Virus record (IMG/VR): IMGVR_UViG_3300032893_001402
Span: 22 to 64,021 of that record
Length of the DNA stretch: 64,000 nucleotides
Reading direction: 5' to 3' (one strand)
From: a virus
Lineage: Duplodnaviria; Caudoviricetes
A program made the translations under genes and the position numbers. Shown in pieces: positions 26,826 to 36,615 of the stretch (positions are counted from its first letter, which is position 1; each line of letters opens with the position of its first letter). The notes under the pieces are model-generated. The model saw only the letters and a list, made by a program, of their open reading frames with translations, made no database searches and was not told the origin of the DNA.

Positions 26826-27458
26826 ATGAAGACCGTCGAAGAGCTAATCGTTGGATTGCGTGCCCTGCTGGAAACCGAAGGCTGTGACGAGGCTATCCGC
26901 GTCGTAGCGGCGGCCATCAAAGCCGCTGGAGCGAGCGCCGAAATCGAGACGGATGATGAATCGCCGGACGGCCTCAATAGCGACGATGCGCTTTGGGTCA
27001 CATCCACCCACCGTCTGTTGATCGACGGTGAGCAGATCGCAGAGTGGACGCGCTGCGCGATGGGCTGTTATGGCGAGGCCGGCCGTCAATGCTCTGAGGA
27101 CGATTGGTGCGTGTCCGAGGACACCAATGGCGGCGATGAGCTGCCCGAGAATATCGGCGTCGTACTGGAGGCACTGTCCCTGAAGGATGAAATTCCCGAC
27201 GTACCCGAGCCCGAGAAGGCCACGGAGATCCACGACACCGACACTGATGGAGAGTGGGCAGTCTATTGGGAGACGGTTGGTGACGATGCCCATGTCTGTC
27301 AGCGCTATAGCACGCGGGAGGCTGCTGAAGCCGTGCGCAATCAGCGGAATCGCGAGTTCAGCGCGGCCAATCCGAGCGGAGGAGGCACGTCATACCTGTG
27401 CGGCTATGGCGTCAGAATGCTGGTAGATGGCAAGTGGGTAGCTAGCGAGTGCGAATAG
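26826..27458 (+). CDS. Acidic hypothetical early protein starting MKTVEEL
   Basis: TAAGGAG RBS; strongly Asp/Glu-rich. Confidence 0.75.
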   Translation: MKTVEELIVGLRALLETEGCDEAIRVVAAAIKAAGASAEIETDDESPDGLNSDDALWVTSTHRLLIDGEQIAEWTRCAMGCYGEAGRQCSEDDWCVSEDTNGGDELPENIGVVLEALSLKDEIPDVPEPEKATEIHDTDTDGEWAVYWETVGDDAHVCQRYSTREAAEAVRNQRNREFSAANPSGGGTSYLCGYGVRMLVDGKWVASECE

Positions 27459-27746
27459 ATGCGTTGGTACATTTCCGCTGCCGCGGTCAAGCAGTACATG
27501 GCCATCATGGGCTACGCGCCAGACGACGACGGTCCCGGCTTCGATCGCGCGGCGAAAGAGCTGGAGTCGCTAGCCTCCGAAGCGCGGCTGGCCAAAGATG
27601 TGGGCCCTGGCCAGCATTCGCAGCAGTGGCGGGTCAAAACTACCGTGCGCGGCAAGCGCACTCGGCTGGAGCTAGTCGTCTCACTGGGCGAGCGGCTCGA
27701 AGGCGAGCTGCCGCAGTTGATCGCTGTCCGAAACAAGGGAGCATAA
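27459..27746 (+). CDS. Hypothetical protein
   Basis: Starts immediately after the upstream stop. Confidence 0.65.
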   Translation: MRWYISAAAVKQYMAIMGYAPDDDGPGFDRAAKELESLASEARLAKDVGPGQHSQQWRVKTTVRGKRTRLELVVSLGERLEGELPQLIAVRNKGA

Positions 27747-27942
27747 CATGCGATTCCGCATCATTAGCTTTGACGGACAACCGGACTTCGCTACCGAGGC
27801 GGAAGCGGAGGCCCACGGCAGCGGAGATCGCTGAATGGGAGCGCCTCGACCGAGAATAGTTTGGGTGTGATTGGTTTGTGGGCAGCATTTTCGCTGCCAG
27901 GCCGCCGGGCCGATCCGGCCACATACTTCAAAGGTAGTTTCT

Positions 27943-28245
27943 ATGGGTAGATTAACAAAACATACAGCGGGGACATGGCAGGTTGCCCCTGGCGATGCCC
28001 GTCGTGTCGTAGTCCCCGGGGTCGCCAAAACGATCGACTGCGGCAACCGAGCCAACGCTAGACTAGTTGCAACCGCGCCGGAGCTACTAGCGGCTTGTCT
28101 TTATGCAATTGAGACGTGGCCGGAATACGACTGCGAGGAAGAGGAGGAAACTTCTGAGTCGTCTAGAGCGAGAAACGAAGCTGTGCGAGTATATGCCAGG
28201 CTCAAGGCAGCGGTCGCTAAAGCGCAGGGGGTGCGATATGAGTAA
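27943..28245 (+). CDS. Phage protein of the HTPGPW..ANARLIAAAPELL family
   Basis: KHTAGTW..ANARLVATAPELLAAC..AAVAKAQG. Confidence 0.75.
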   Translation: MGRLTKHTAGTWQVAPGDARRVVVPGVAKTIDCGNRANARLVATAPELLAACLYAIETWPEYDCEEEEETSESSRARNEAVRVYARLKAAVAKAQGVRYE

Positions 28246-28600
28246 GCATACCTTAGGGCCCTGGTATGCCGTCCATCACGACGCGCGGCAATCGGATATG
28301 CAGCCGGAGTATTGGACGATCGAAACTTTGATGCTGCTCACGAAAAGTGGTATAGTCGCCGACACGCTCAACTGTGACTCAACAATCTCCCCAGACGAGA
28401 TGCGAGCTAACGCGCAACTACTGGCCGCTGCCCCGGACTTATTGGGCGCTTGCCGCCAACTACTCAGAGTCGAAACCAGCGGCAGCCGATCCGCGTCGAG
28501 GCTGAAGTGTTCGTATTGCTCTGGCAATCCGTGTTGGGGCGGCTGCCCGGTGGAAGCTGCGCGAGTTGCCGTTGCCAGGGCGGAAGGGGTAGGAGTATAG
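28238..28600 (+). CDS. Second, tandem member of the same family, with Cys insert
   Basis: KHTLGPW..ANAQLLAAAPDLLGAC..CSYC..C..C..AVARAEG. Confidence 0.75.
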   Translation: MSKHTLGPWYAVHHDARQSDMQPEYWTIETLMLLTKSGIVADTLNCDSTISPDEMRANAQLLAAAPDLLGACRQLLRVETSGSRSASRLKCSYCSGNPCWGGCPVEAARVAVARAEGVGV

Positions 28601-28660
28601 ACCGCCGACCGTGAGGCAATAAGCGATTGATTCAAGTCCGTCTAGTTTGGAGTCCTAGTC

Positions 28661-30559
28661 ATGTCCCCACGTCGCCCTACTCCTACCCCTAAACCAAAAT
28701 CCCCTAGCCAAGCTCCGCAGACGAGCCCTGTCGCCTCTGGGCCGGCTGAGGCTATTCCTCCCCGTTCCAAACAGGAAGGCCCTGAGGAGCGTTCTACGGG
28801 CTCTAGCAATGCTAGTAATAATGGGGGAGAAGCCATCCGGTTAGGGGGTACGCCTCTGGTCCGCCCCAAGCCTAAAGACGCGCCGCATGTGCTGGTAGAA
28901 GCCTATGCGGGAACCGGGAAAACTTTTACTGAGATTGTCGGAGTAGGTTGGGCATTCGCGCCTAGTCTGTGGACTCAAATCCAGGCCGAGATTACTCGAC
29001 GCGCCGGATTACCTGAGGGTACTCCGATAGTCCCTAGCCCAGAGCAGCAAGCCGTATGGGATGCTCTGCGGCAAAGCTCTGGCATAAAAACTATCGCCTA
29101 TTGCGCGTTTAATGTTTCGATTGTCAAAGAGTTTAGTACAAAGTGGGGCTGGCTGGTCGAGCTACTAAAAACTGTCGGCGTCAATCTCCAGTTTGCGACA
29201 GTCAATGGGCTTGGGAATCGTTCGGTTTATGCGACGTACGGCCGTTGCCAGGTGGTCGATTGGCATACAGAGACTTTACTAGGTCGGTTATTAGGGCGCG
29301 ATACTCGCGATCTAAAGAGGCAAGACGCCGTTTTCGTCAAAGCCTGCTGTGAGTTGGTGGCTCTCTGTAAGCTGACGCTCGCTGGCTGGAGTGAGCGAAA
29401 CGGATTCGACTCCGAAGCCGTGACAGACGAAGTTCTGGACGAGATTTCCGCCCATTACGACCTTGAGTTCAACGGTAGTCGGGAGCGCGTTTATCGAGCT
29501 GTTCCACAACTCCTAGGAGCGAGCCAGGATGTAGCGGCAACGCACGAGATCGATTTCAACGATCAAAATTGGCTCCCCGTAGTTAATGACTTGCCGGTCT
29601 TGAGGCTGGATCTTGTATTAGCGGATGAGGTCCAGGATCTCCCCCGAGCCAAGCAAGAGTTTTTGCGCAAGCTCGGCCGGCGGCTCGTCATGGTTGGCGA
29701 TACTTACCAGGCTATTTACGGTTTTTGCGGGGCGGATACCGAGAGTATGGGTAGGCTAAGGACTCTTCTAAGTCCCACGGCCGATCGACCCATCGAGCCC
29801 CTACGGCTGACTGAGACTCGCCGCTGTGGGCGAGCGATCGTAGCCGAAGCCCAACGCGACGTGCCGGATTTTCGCGCCCACGAATCTAACCCCTCGGGAA
29901 GAGTCGGCCGGATAGAGGCGGCCAAATATATGACTCAAGTCCAAGACGGGGATATGATTCTCTGCCGGGTAAACGCCCCGCTCATTAGCCACGCGCTAAG
30001 GTTCATCAAGGCTGGGCGAAAAGCTGTCGTTAGGGGCCGAGACTTTGGTAAACAGTTGCTTGACTTTGTCGCGAAAATGCGGGCCTTGACTGTGCCGGGG
30101 CTCGTCAGTGCTACGGGGGAGTGGTTGGAACGGGAATGCGCGAAAGAGAATGCCAAGAAAAATCCGAGCGAGGCGCGACTACTGACGCTACAAGACAGGC
30201 ATGACTGCATCTTGGCTTTCTGCGAGGGGGCTACGGATCTTGCGGCGGTCGAAGAGAAGATGCAGCATGTTTTTGCCGGCAAGCAGTGCCCTCAATGCCA
30301 AAAACATTTTAACGAGTCTAGCGAGGAGTGCTTCAGCTGCAAGTGCCGTTTGATTCAGCCTAAGGGAGTAGTTTTCTCGTCGATCCATCGTGCTAAAGGG
30401 TTGGAGTCTCGCCGGGTCTTTATTCTGAGGCCGGATTTGCTCCCTCATCCCTCGGCAAAAAGCCCTTGGCAGCAGCAACAGGAAAGGAATTGCCGATATA
30501 TCGCTGTTACGCGCGCAATTGAGGAGCTAACCTACGTTATAGAGCCGCCGAAGGAATAA
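28661..30559 (+). CDS. UvrD/Rep-like superfamily 1 helicase with Zn-ribbon insert
   Basis: AYAGTGKT, DEVQD, VGDTYQAIYGF, TRRC, SIHRAKGLE, YIAVTRA; CPQC..CFSC insert. Confidence 0.9.
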   Translation: MSPRRPTPTPKPKSPSQAPQTSPVASGPAEAIPPRSKQEGPEERSTGSSNASNNGGEAIRLGGTPLVRPKPKDAPHVLVEAYAGTGKTFTEIVGVGWAFAPSLWTQIQAEITRRAGLPEGTPIVPSPEQQAVWDALRQSSGIKTIAYCAFNVSIVKEFSTKWGWLVELLKTVGVNLQFATVNGLGNRSVYATYGRCQVVDWHTETLLGRLLGRDTRDLKRQDAVFVKACCELVALCKLTLAGWSERNGFDSEAVTDEVLDEISAHYDLEFNGSRERVYRAVPQLLGASQDVAATHEIDFNDQNWLPVVNDLPVLRLDLVLADEVQDLPRAKQEFLRKLGRRLVMVGDTYQAIYGFCGADTESMGRLRTLLSPTADRPIEPLRLTETRRCGRAIVAEAQRDVPDFRAHESNPSGRVGRIEAAKYMTQVQDGDMILCRVNAPLISHALRFIKAGRKAVVRGRDFGKQLLDFVAKMRALTVPGLVSATGEWLERECAKENAKKNPSEARLLTLQDRHDCILAFCEGATDLAAVEEKMQHVFAGKQCPQCQKHFNESSEECFSCKCRLIQPKGVVFSSIHRAKGLESRRVFILRPDLLPHPSAKSPWQQQQERNCRYIAVTRAIEELTYVIEPPKE

Positions 30560-30698
30560 TTCTGCCTCAGGTAGAATATAATCGGTGATGGAACAGTCTG
30601 GAGGGTAGAAAACAGACCAACGATGAAGCGCCGGAGATACTGCTAGTGAAGCTTTAGGAAACTGGTTCCCAATACGATCAAAACACAAGGGATTTAGC

Positions 30699-31571
30699 AT
30701 GATTATGTTAGCTTTTCATAACGATTCGGCCATCAAAGCGAAGTATCTTGCGCGGGTGCAAGAGCATCGCAAAGCAGACGAGATACTACAGCATTACGGC
30801 TATTGGAACGAAGCGGCCGGTAAGGGTTGTGCCGTCGGTTGTACCCTACATTCCGCGGCGCCCCATGCGGGATACGAGACTGAATTAGGGATTCCCCAAA
30901 TAATTGCACGTCTCGAAGATGCTATCTTCGAGGGTCTACCCCAGGCTCGCTCGAAGACATGGCCAGAAGAATTCTTGGCAGCTATTCGGCCTGGCGCGGA
31001 CCTCACCGGAATATGGCCTAAATTTGCTCTTTGGCTGTTGCGAGATTCGGGGTTGTTAACTGTTACCGAGCTAAATCGAGAGGCTATCGATAGGGTCATA
31101 GGCCTTTACGATCGTTGGGTATCCGGCGATAGGCCGTCACGGAAAGAGTTTGAATCGGCGGTGGAGTCGGCGAGGTCGGCGGCGGAGTCGGCGGCGGAGT
31201 CGGCGGCGTGGGCGGCGAGGTCGGCGAGGTCGGCGGAGTGGGCGGCGAGGTCGGCGAGGTCGGCGGCGAGGTCGGCGAGGTCGGCGGCGTGGGCGGCGTG
31301 GGCGGCGAGGTCGGCGGAGTGGGCGGCGGCGGAGTCGGCGGAGTGGGCGGCGGAGTCGGCGGCGTGGGCGGAGTCGGCGGCGTGGGCGGCGGAGTCGGCG
31401 AGGTCGGCGGAGTGGGCGGCGGAGTCGGCGGCGTGGGCGAGGTCGGCGGCGTGGGCGGCGGAGTCGGCGAGGTCGGCGGAGTGGGCGGCGGAGTCGGCGG
31501 AGTCGGCGGCGGAGTCGGTGGCGTGGGAAAAGATGGCCAACAAATTGCTTGAACTACTCGCGGCGGCTTAG
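30699..31571 (+). CDS. Phage protein with Ala/Ser/Trp/Glu/Arg low-complexity repeat
   Basis: Globular N-terminus (GKGCAVGCTLH..YETELGIP), then about 120 aa of SAA/WAA/ESA/RSA triplets, then WEKMANKLLELL. Confidence 0.8.
   Translation: MIMLAFHNDSAIKAKYLARVQEHRKADEILQHYGYWNEAAGKGCAVGCTLHSAAPHAGYETELGIPQIIARLEDAIFEGLPQARSKTWPEEFLAAIRPGADLTGIWPKFALWLLRDSGLLTVTELNREAIDRVIGLYDRWVSGDRPSRKEFESAVESARSAAESAAESAAWAARSARSAEWAARSARSAARSARSAAWAAWAARSAEWAAAESAEWAAESAAWAESAAWAAESARSAEWAAESAAWARSAAWAAESARSAEWAAESAESAAESVAWEKMANKLLELLAAA
31155..31525 (+). repeat. Coding 9-nt-based tandem repeat (tcggcgagg / tcggcggag / tgggcggcg)
   Basis: Seen directly in the sequence. Confidence 0.95.
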
Positions 31572-31612
31572 ACATCAACTGTGAAATTTGCTTTTCATTA
31601 AAGAGAGTCAAC

Positions 31613-32032
31613 ATGCTAGCTTTTCATTCTAACCCGAACATCAAGTCCACGTATCTTGCGCGTGTCCGTCGGCATCGCGAGTGGGATGAGATTTTGCAGG
31701 GCTATGGCTATTGGTCCGACTCCGACGGCAAGGGCTGTGGAGTCGGATGCACTGTGCATACTTCCGAAAACCCACACAAAGCCTACGAGATTGAACTTGG
31801 TATTCCGGCCGTACTCGCGTATTTGGAGGATGTGACTTTCGAGAAGCTTCCGGCCAAAGAGGCTCGATTATGGCCAGTGTGCCGAGAGGCGCCCTTGGGG
31901 AATACCCAGGATCAGGAATTCTTGACCCCAGCCGAGAAAGAGCTTGAGAACTCTGGTCCGTCGAACGAGGAGCTATTGGCGTACGCCAAAACGAATCGCG
32001 CTCCACAAGAATGGTACAACGAAAAGATTTAA
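31613..32032 (+). CDS. Truncated paralogue of 30699-31571 with unrelated C-terminus
   Basis: First ~88 aa align with the upstream protein (MLAFH..YLARV..DEILQ.YGYW..GKGC.VGCT.H..WP), then diverge. Confidence 0.75.
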   Translation: MLAFHSNPNIKSTYLARVRRHREWDEILQGYGYWSDSDGKGCGVGCTVHTSENPHKAYEIELGIPAVLAYLEDVTFEKLPAKEARLWPVCREAPLGNTQDQEFLTPAEKELENSGPSNEELLAYAKTNRAPQEWYNEKI

Positions 32033-32053
32033 CATCCACTCGGTAAAACCTCT

Positions 32054-32524
32054 ATGGTATTCCAAACCCTACTCGCAATACTCGGATGCGCTACATTCGC
32101 ACTAGCGCTCGCCGTCACATTCAATCTCGGTAAACTACAAGGTCAAAAATTCGCGCAGAAAGCCCCTAAGGTGAAAGGGATCTGTGACCTCAATTTTGCA
32201 GCTTGGGAAGCGGCTTTAGACAAGAAAGTCCAAGTCTTTTGGGTCCGTACACGCGAGGGCGCAACCCTCGAATTCGCAGGCCGGTCATGGGAAGAGGCAG
32301 GCTTCGGTATGAACGAGGCCGGCGAGCCGATGAACGATGTAGACAAGGAAGGTTTTGTCGGATTCGGAATCGAAAACCCCGATCCGTTTAATAGCGCCCA
32401 CGTCGATCTAGTAAACGAATGGTGGGGAAGCTATGCCATTAAGCTCCATAGGGAAAGCGCCGATTCAGATTGTCTTTTCGCTGATTACAGCCCCCGCAAG
32501 GCTGAATCCCAAGAAAAGTCGTGA
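32054..32524 (+). CDS. Membrane-anchored hypothetical protein
   Basis: N-terminal TM; last gene of the plus-strand block. Confidence 0.6.
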   Translation: MVFQTLLAILGCATFALALAVTFNLGKLQGQKFAQKAPKVKGICDLNFAAWEAALDKKVQVFWVRTREGATLEFAGRSWEEAGFGMNEAGEPMNDVDKEGFVGFGIENPDPFNSAHVDLVNEWWGSYAIKLHRESADSDCLFADYSPRKAESQEKS

Positions 32525-32801
32525 CTTTAGCGATCGTATCGCCTAGCCCGCGACTCGGGGAAGAGAGTATAGCCCTGCGAGCTTCCGCCTTTTGTGAGGC
32601 TTCCGCCGCGGCTATCTCATGGAGAGAAATTACGGGGAGAGGTCGCAAGCCCTTCATGGGCTCGCTGTGGGGGTACTTACATTGCTTGCACGTCGCCAGA
32701 TGGACAAGGGGGTTGCTGACGCGCAAATCGAGGCAATAAAGAATCTTGCCGTCTACGATCCGGTTTGGGCAATCCGCTAAGTGTGAACTGTTATCGAGCA
32801 T
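32439..32801 (-). CDS. Small Cys-rich protein at the end of the tail operon
   Basis: CKQC and GLGDTIAKVT..GIQPCGGCNQRKDNLN motif; start uncertain. Confidence 0.65.
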   Translation of the reverse strand: MLDNSSHLADCPNRIVDGKILYCLDLRVSNPLVHLATCKQCKYPHSEPMKGLRPLPVISLHEIAAAEASQKAEARRAILSSPSRGLGDTIAKVTTFLGIQPCGGCNQRKDNLNRRFPYGA

Positions 32802-33760
32802 CCGGCGCCGCTCGCGTCACACGTATCGGGGCAGCTCGGTCCACCGAGCCCAGTAAAGGGGACTGACCTCGTTCCTATCTGCCAAGCTTCCAGCAGACTG
32901 CCTACGACAAGTTGGAAGCCCCCCGCGCACGAACCATCCCCTACGCTCGCCTGAATCGTCGTGGTCTGCGCCGCGTAGTTGTAGGCAATCGAATAGCTGA
33001 CGGACCCTGGCGTACCAATGACAAATGTTCCTGCGCAAGTCGCAAGGCCGTGATTATTGTAGGTTCCGTTGAGGTCCGAACACGATCCCCCGAACCCGCT
33101 GAAAACAATGTCGAGTTCATAGCCGACCATCGAGCAACTGGGCGGATAGCACGGGCAATCGCCCCCTCTCCCACCACTACCGACATCCGCCCCCGAGGTT
33201 GTCGAGATCGTCAGATTTGAGAATTGCACGCTGCCCGACACTGCTCCCGTACCTAAGATAACGTGTGTATTCGATTGGGTAGGCGCGAATGCTACCAGAC
33301 TTGGAGAGAACGAACTAACAAACCCACTGGCAATAACGAGGCCACCCAGGTCATCCGTCACACATATGGTTACAGTGAGTGAAGTAGCGTCATTCTCTTG
33401 GGACGCTACCAGATTGCCCCCGTGGCTGAATTCGATCTTGCCCCCGCTTCCAAACGTGATTTTGACTTCGTAGTCTCCGTTTTCGACGGCCAACGTCGCT
33501 ACGTCTCCGGCGCTTCCCTCTACCGTGACTAAAACGGAATACCCGGATGCACCAGAGGGCTTTCCCGAGTTTACGGTAACGCTGGCGCTGCTGCTGGACG
33601 TGGTGAGCGGAGTATTCGCGGAGATCGTCCACGATCCGTTGTTGATCGTGTAGCCGCTGCCGAGATCGCTCCTCCCGGTAAGCGAATCGCTGACATACGT
33701 TCCGCAAGTGAGGCAATCGCAGCAACCGGCCGGCGAAAATGGGAAGCTAGAGACGGGCAT
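32777..33760 (-). CDS. Putative tail tip / receptor-binding protein
   Basis: N-terminal CCDC, Ser/Gly/Thr-rich beta-type composition, tail operon context. Confidence 0.6.
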   Translation of the reverse strand: MPVSSFPFSPAGCCDCLTCGTYVSDSLTGRSDLGSGYTINNGSWTISANTPLTTSSSSASVTVNSGKPSGASGYSVLVTVEGSAGDVATLAVENGDYEVKITFGSGGKIEFSHGGNLVASQENDATSLTVTICVTDDLGGLVIASGFVSSFSPSLVAFAPTQSNTHVILGTGAVSGSVQFSNLTISTTSGADVGSGGRGGDCPCYPPSCSMVGYELDIVFSGFGGSCSDLNGTYNNHGLATCAGTFVIGTPGSVSYSIAYNYAAQTTTIQASVGDGSCAGGFQLVVGSLLEAWQIGTRSVPFTGLGGPSCPDTCDASGAGCSITVHT

Positions 33761-33772
33761 ATCTTATTTCGC

Positions 33773-34444
33773 TTAACTGGCAACCGGGCAAGCCCCGGCT
33801 TCGACCACGTACCAATATCCGTGTAACCAACGGCAGATAACCCACGAACCAGAAGGAATCTTGTTGCCCGTCGAAAGCAAGCGATCGTAAGCAGTGATCG
33901 TCATGCCTGTATCCGTTTCGTCTTCTCCGCCTAGATCGTAGGGCTGGCCCGCATAGAGATTGACCCCCGCCGCGCCATGATAACTAAGATCGTCAGTCAG
34001 TTGGCCCATAACCTCATTGATGGGATAGGGGTCGAAAATCGCGATCCAACTATCGTCGCCAAAGACATTCTCGTCTTTTTGCGCTGCTCCACCTAAGCAG
34101 CGAAAGCCGTAGTAATTCTTACGCAGCTTAAAACTGCTGGGCTCGACTCCCCACTCATCGCCGTACTCGGCCTCTCCATCATCATCGTGGTCGAATAAAA
34201 TATAGGCGTAGTGTCCCTCGGAGCAGACTCCATAGTCGCCTTTAGCAATCAGAGTCGGCCCGTTGACGTAGTAGATGCGATCGAATTCGTCGTCCGGCTG
34301 CTCCATCAATAGGTAGATAATAGCGCCGTCAACATCGGAGCCCGTACAGACCATAACGGCAAATGGGGGAATCGATTGTTCGCCGACGTTTTTGAACGGT
34401 ATCGAGCCCGGGAAAATCCGCGGCAGTTTGGGGATATTTGCCAT
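33773..34444 (-). CDS. Putative tail protein
   Basis: Coupled to the hub-like gene; C-terminal WYVVEAGAC. Confidence 0.6.
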   Translation of the reverse strand: MANIPKLPRIFPGSIPFKNVGEQSIPPFAVMVCTGSDVDGAIIYLLMEQPDDEFDRIYYVNGPTLIAKGDYGVCSEGHYAYILFDHDDDGEAEYGDEWGVEPSSFKLRKNYYGFRCLGGAAQKDENVFGDDSWIAIFDPYPINEVMGQLTDDLSYHGAAGVNLYAGQPYDLGGEDETDTGMTITAYDRLLSTGNKIPSGSWVICRWLHGYWYVVEAGACPVAS

Positions 34445-36552
34445 TACGGGGGTCTGCGAAAGACTTCCTGGGTTGTAACTTGTACGCCTGGAGCTAGACG
34501 TTCTAGCAAGCTGCTTACTCCGCGCAGCATCTTAAGTTGGCGATAACTGATAATCGCCGGATGCGTCTCGTTGTTGCGGCTGACCTCGGTCGTAGCGCCC
34601 TGCGGTCCGACGTGCCAAATAACCTGCTGAATAGCCCCATCGGGTTCGATCGGATGCAGGCCGATATAAGTCGCCTGCTGAGGGTTCGGGCGCTGGTACT
34701 GCTTTAGTACAGCGTTGGCAATAACTCCCGCCTCGGTATCGCACAGGTCTTGATTATCGGTTGGGGGGCCGCCGGAGCTGGACGGCTGACCTGTCAGCGG
34801 GTCAATATCTTCGGTTGAAGGATTCCCGTCGTTAAGCGCCAAACCGATCTGCTTTCCGTTGGGCCCCTGGGTTGTTGTCGCGGTAGTTCCGCTGGAGTTA
34901 TAGCCTAGCCCATACCAAGCCGATCGCTTGTGTACGATCTCGGGGCGATTGATAATGCGCTCATTAGTTTGTAGTAGTTCCTGCCCGATCGGATTGCCGA
35001 TTCGAGTCAAGCGGTACTGACTCCGGTAAAACGTAGTCGGATCTCGCGGAGAGCACGCGCAACGTAATACGAGCAGCGCGGGGACATAGATTGGGCCTCC
35101 TTCTCCGTAGTGATTCTCTCCCTTTACGATGCGATAGACAGGCTCGCTAAAGTGAACAATGCCTCTTTCTTGGTCAAGGTTCCAACCGGCTTGATTAAAC
35201 TCGCTACCTATGTCGTGCGCGGCGGCCAGCCAGGGCATATAGTTAGAGACGCCGTAAATGATTTGACGCGCTTCATTGGTTCCGATTCCTCCTAGAGCTT
35301 CTGGAGGATCAAGCGTCTGTGCATTGTTGTAGCCGCCGCGCGTATTGTGAAAGATCCCAAAAACCCAAGCCGGGATATTCACTAACCCGCGATAATCGGC
35401 CTGGTCAACGCGGTCGATGTTGGGTTTCATCTCATCGACTTGCTCGACTTCCAGAGGCAAAAACAAGTCGAGGGTTGTAGCCTTAACTCCCCAGAAAGTT
35501 TTTTGGGATTGCGAGCGGGGAATCTTCGGCTTGTATGGGCTACCATCTCCGAGAAAGGCATTTAGCGCGGCCGTGGTTAGAGGGGAATCGTCCGTAAAGA
35601 CGCAGAGCCCGTCGGGCCCAAATACTCCCATAGGGCGGTACATTCTCCAGATAGTGTTTCGCGCCAACCACTCTAGCCGTTCATCTCTGCCGCTAGGGCC
35701 GTCTCCGCCGAAGATCGGAGCTGGGTAGTTGGGATCGTAGAATTCCCATCCCCCATAAGCGCCTGGCAAGTGCGGGGCATAACTAAGCTGGTCAAACCAT
35801 TGATAGCTACCGTCTACTTCCTCAATGCCTACGGGATAGAGTAGAAAATCATATTGGAGCCGGTCCTGTCCGCCGAGAATTACGGTCAAGTCGGGGCATT
35901 CTGGGCTGTCGATGGTATCCGCAAAGTTGATGCAGGGAATTTCGTCTGGAGTCGGGATGTTCGCGCCAATACCGACCGGCTCGATACTCAAGTTGCCGGC
36001 GATCTTGAGGATGATCCGACAGCCGTAGAGGTCTACAAGATTCTGGAGTTCGAGAGCCGGGTTCGAGCCTTGCCAATCGACCTGGGGATAGTTCTGCGCC
36101 GGGTTAAATCCCGAGGTATCCGCGTCCCGCTCGCCCATCGCTTGGAGGATCTGCTGTACAAGATCCGTTGGAGAAAGCTTTGTCGGATTCCAGATGATGT
36201 TATCTGCGCGCCGGACGTTGTAATTTCCGTCCAAACTCCCGAATTGGAATCGCCAGCGTCGATCAAGTAGCGAGATATACCATGTAAAGCCGTCCGACCC
36301 GCGCGTCTGCCGCACGTCCGCGACCTTGAAGTCGTAAAGCTGAATTACGTTGCCGCTGATCCCATCGACTAGGGCCAAGTCCCCAGTTATTTCCGGCAGA
36401 GAATCCATCGGCCAGGTTGTAATTACGGCCGTACCCGGAGTGATTCCGTGACAAAGCGAGTAATGCGCCGCCTTGATTGGTATATAGCCGGCTCCCGAGT
36501 ATAAGAAGTAGCTAGGGCCCGCTCCGCCAGTAGGATTGTTAGCGATAGACAT
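34444..36552 (-). CDS. Putative tail hub / baseplate protein
   Basis: 702 aa downstream of tape measure; LLDRRWRFQFG motif; function from context. Confidence 0.6.
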   Translation of the reverse strand: MSIANNPTGGAGPSYFLYSGAGYIPIKAAHYSLCHGITPGTAVITTWPMDSLPEITGDLALVDGISGNVIQLYDFKVADVRQTRGSDGFTWYISLLDRRWRFQFGSLDGNYNVRRADNIIWNPTKLSPTDLVQQILQAMGERDADTSGFNPAQNYPQVDWQGSNPALELQNLVDLYGCRIILKIAGNLSIEPVGIGANIPTPDEIPCINFADTIDSPECPDLTVILGGQDRLQYDFLLYPVGIEEVDGSYQWFDQLSYAPHLPGAYGGWEFYDPNYPAPIFGGDGPSGRDERLEWLARNTIWRMYRPMGVFGPDGLCVFTDDSPLTTAALNAFLGDGSPYKPKIPRSQSQKTFWGVKATTLDLFLPLEVEQVDEMKPNIDRVDQADYRGLVNIPAWVFGIFHNTRGGYNNAQTLDPPEALGGIGTNEARQIIYGVSNYMPWLAAAHDIGSEFNQAGWNLDQERGIVHFSEPVYRIVKGENHYGEGGPIYVPALLVLRCACSPRDPTTFYRSQYRLTRIGNPIGQELLQTNERIINRPEIVHKRSAWYGLGYNSSGTTATTTQGPNGKQIGLALNDGNPSTEDIDPLTGQPSSSGGPPTDNQDLCDTEAGVIANAVLKQYQRPNPQQATYIGLHPIEPDGAIQQVIWHVGPQGATTEVSRNNETHPAIISYRQLKMLRGVSSLLERLAPGVQVTTQEVFRRPP

Positions 36553-36615
36553 GCTTAGGATTTGTGTTCCATGGCTCTTGAGTCAAATTACAACGAGCAA
36601 TCGCTGCCGCGCAAG

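Noticed and set aside
31096-31614. Pro/Thr-, Arg- and Gly/Val-rich ORFs in other frames
   Set aside because: Shadow frames of the 9-nt repeat; only 30699-31571 has an RBS and a globular N-terminus with a paralogue.
30699-32032. Diversity-generating retroelement TR/VR pair
   Set aside because: No reverse transcriptase in the window, and differences between the paralogues are not adenine-specific.
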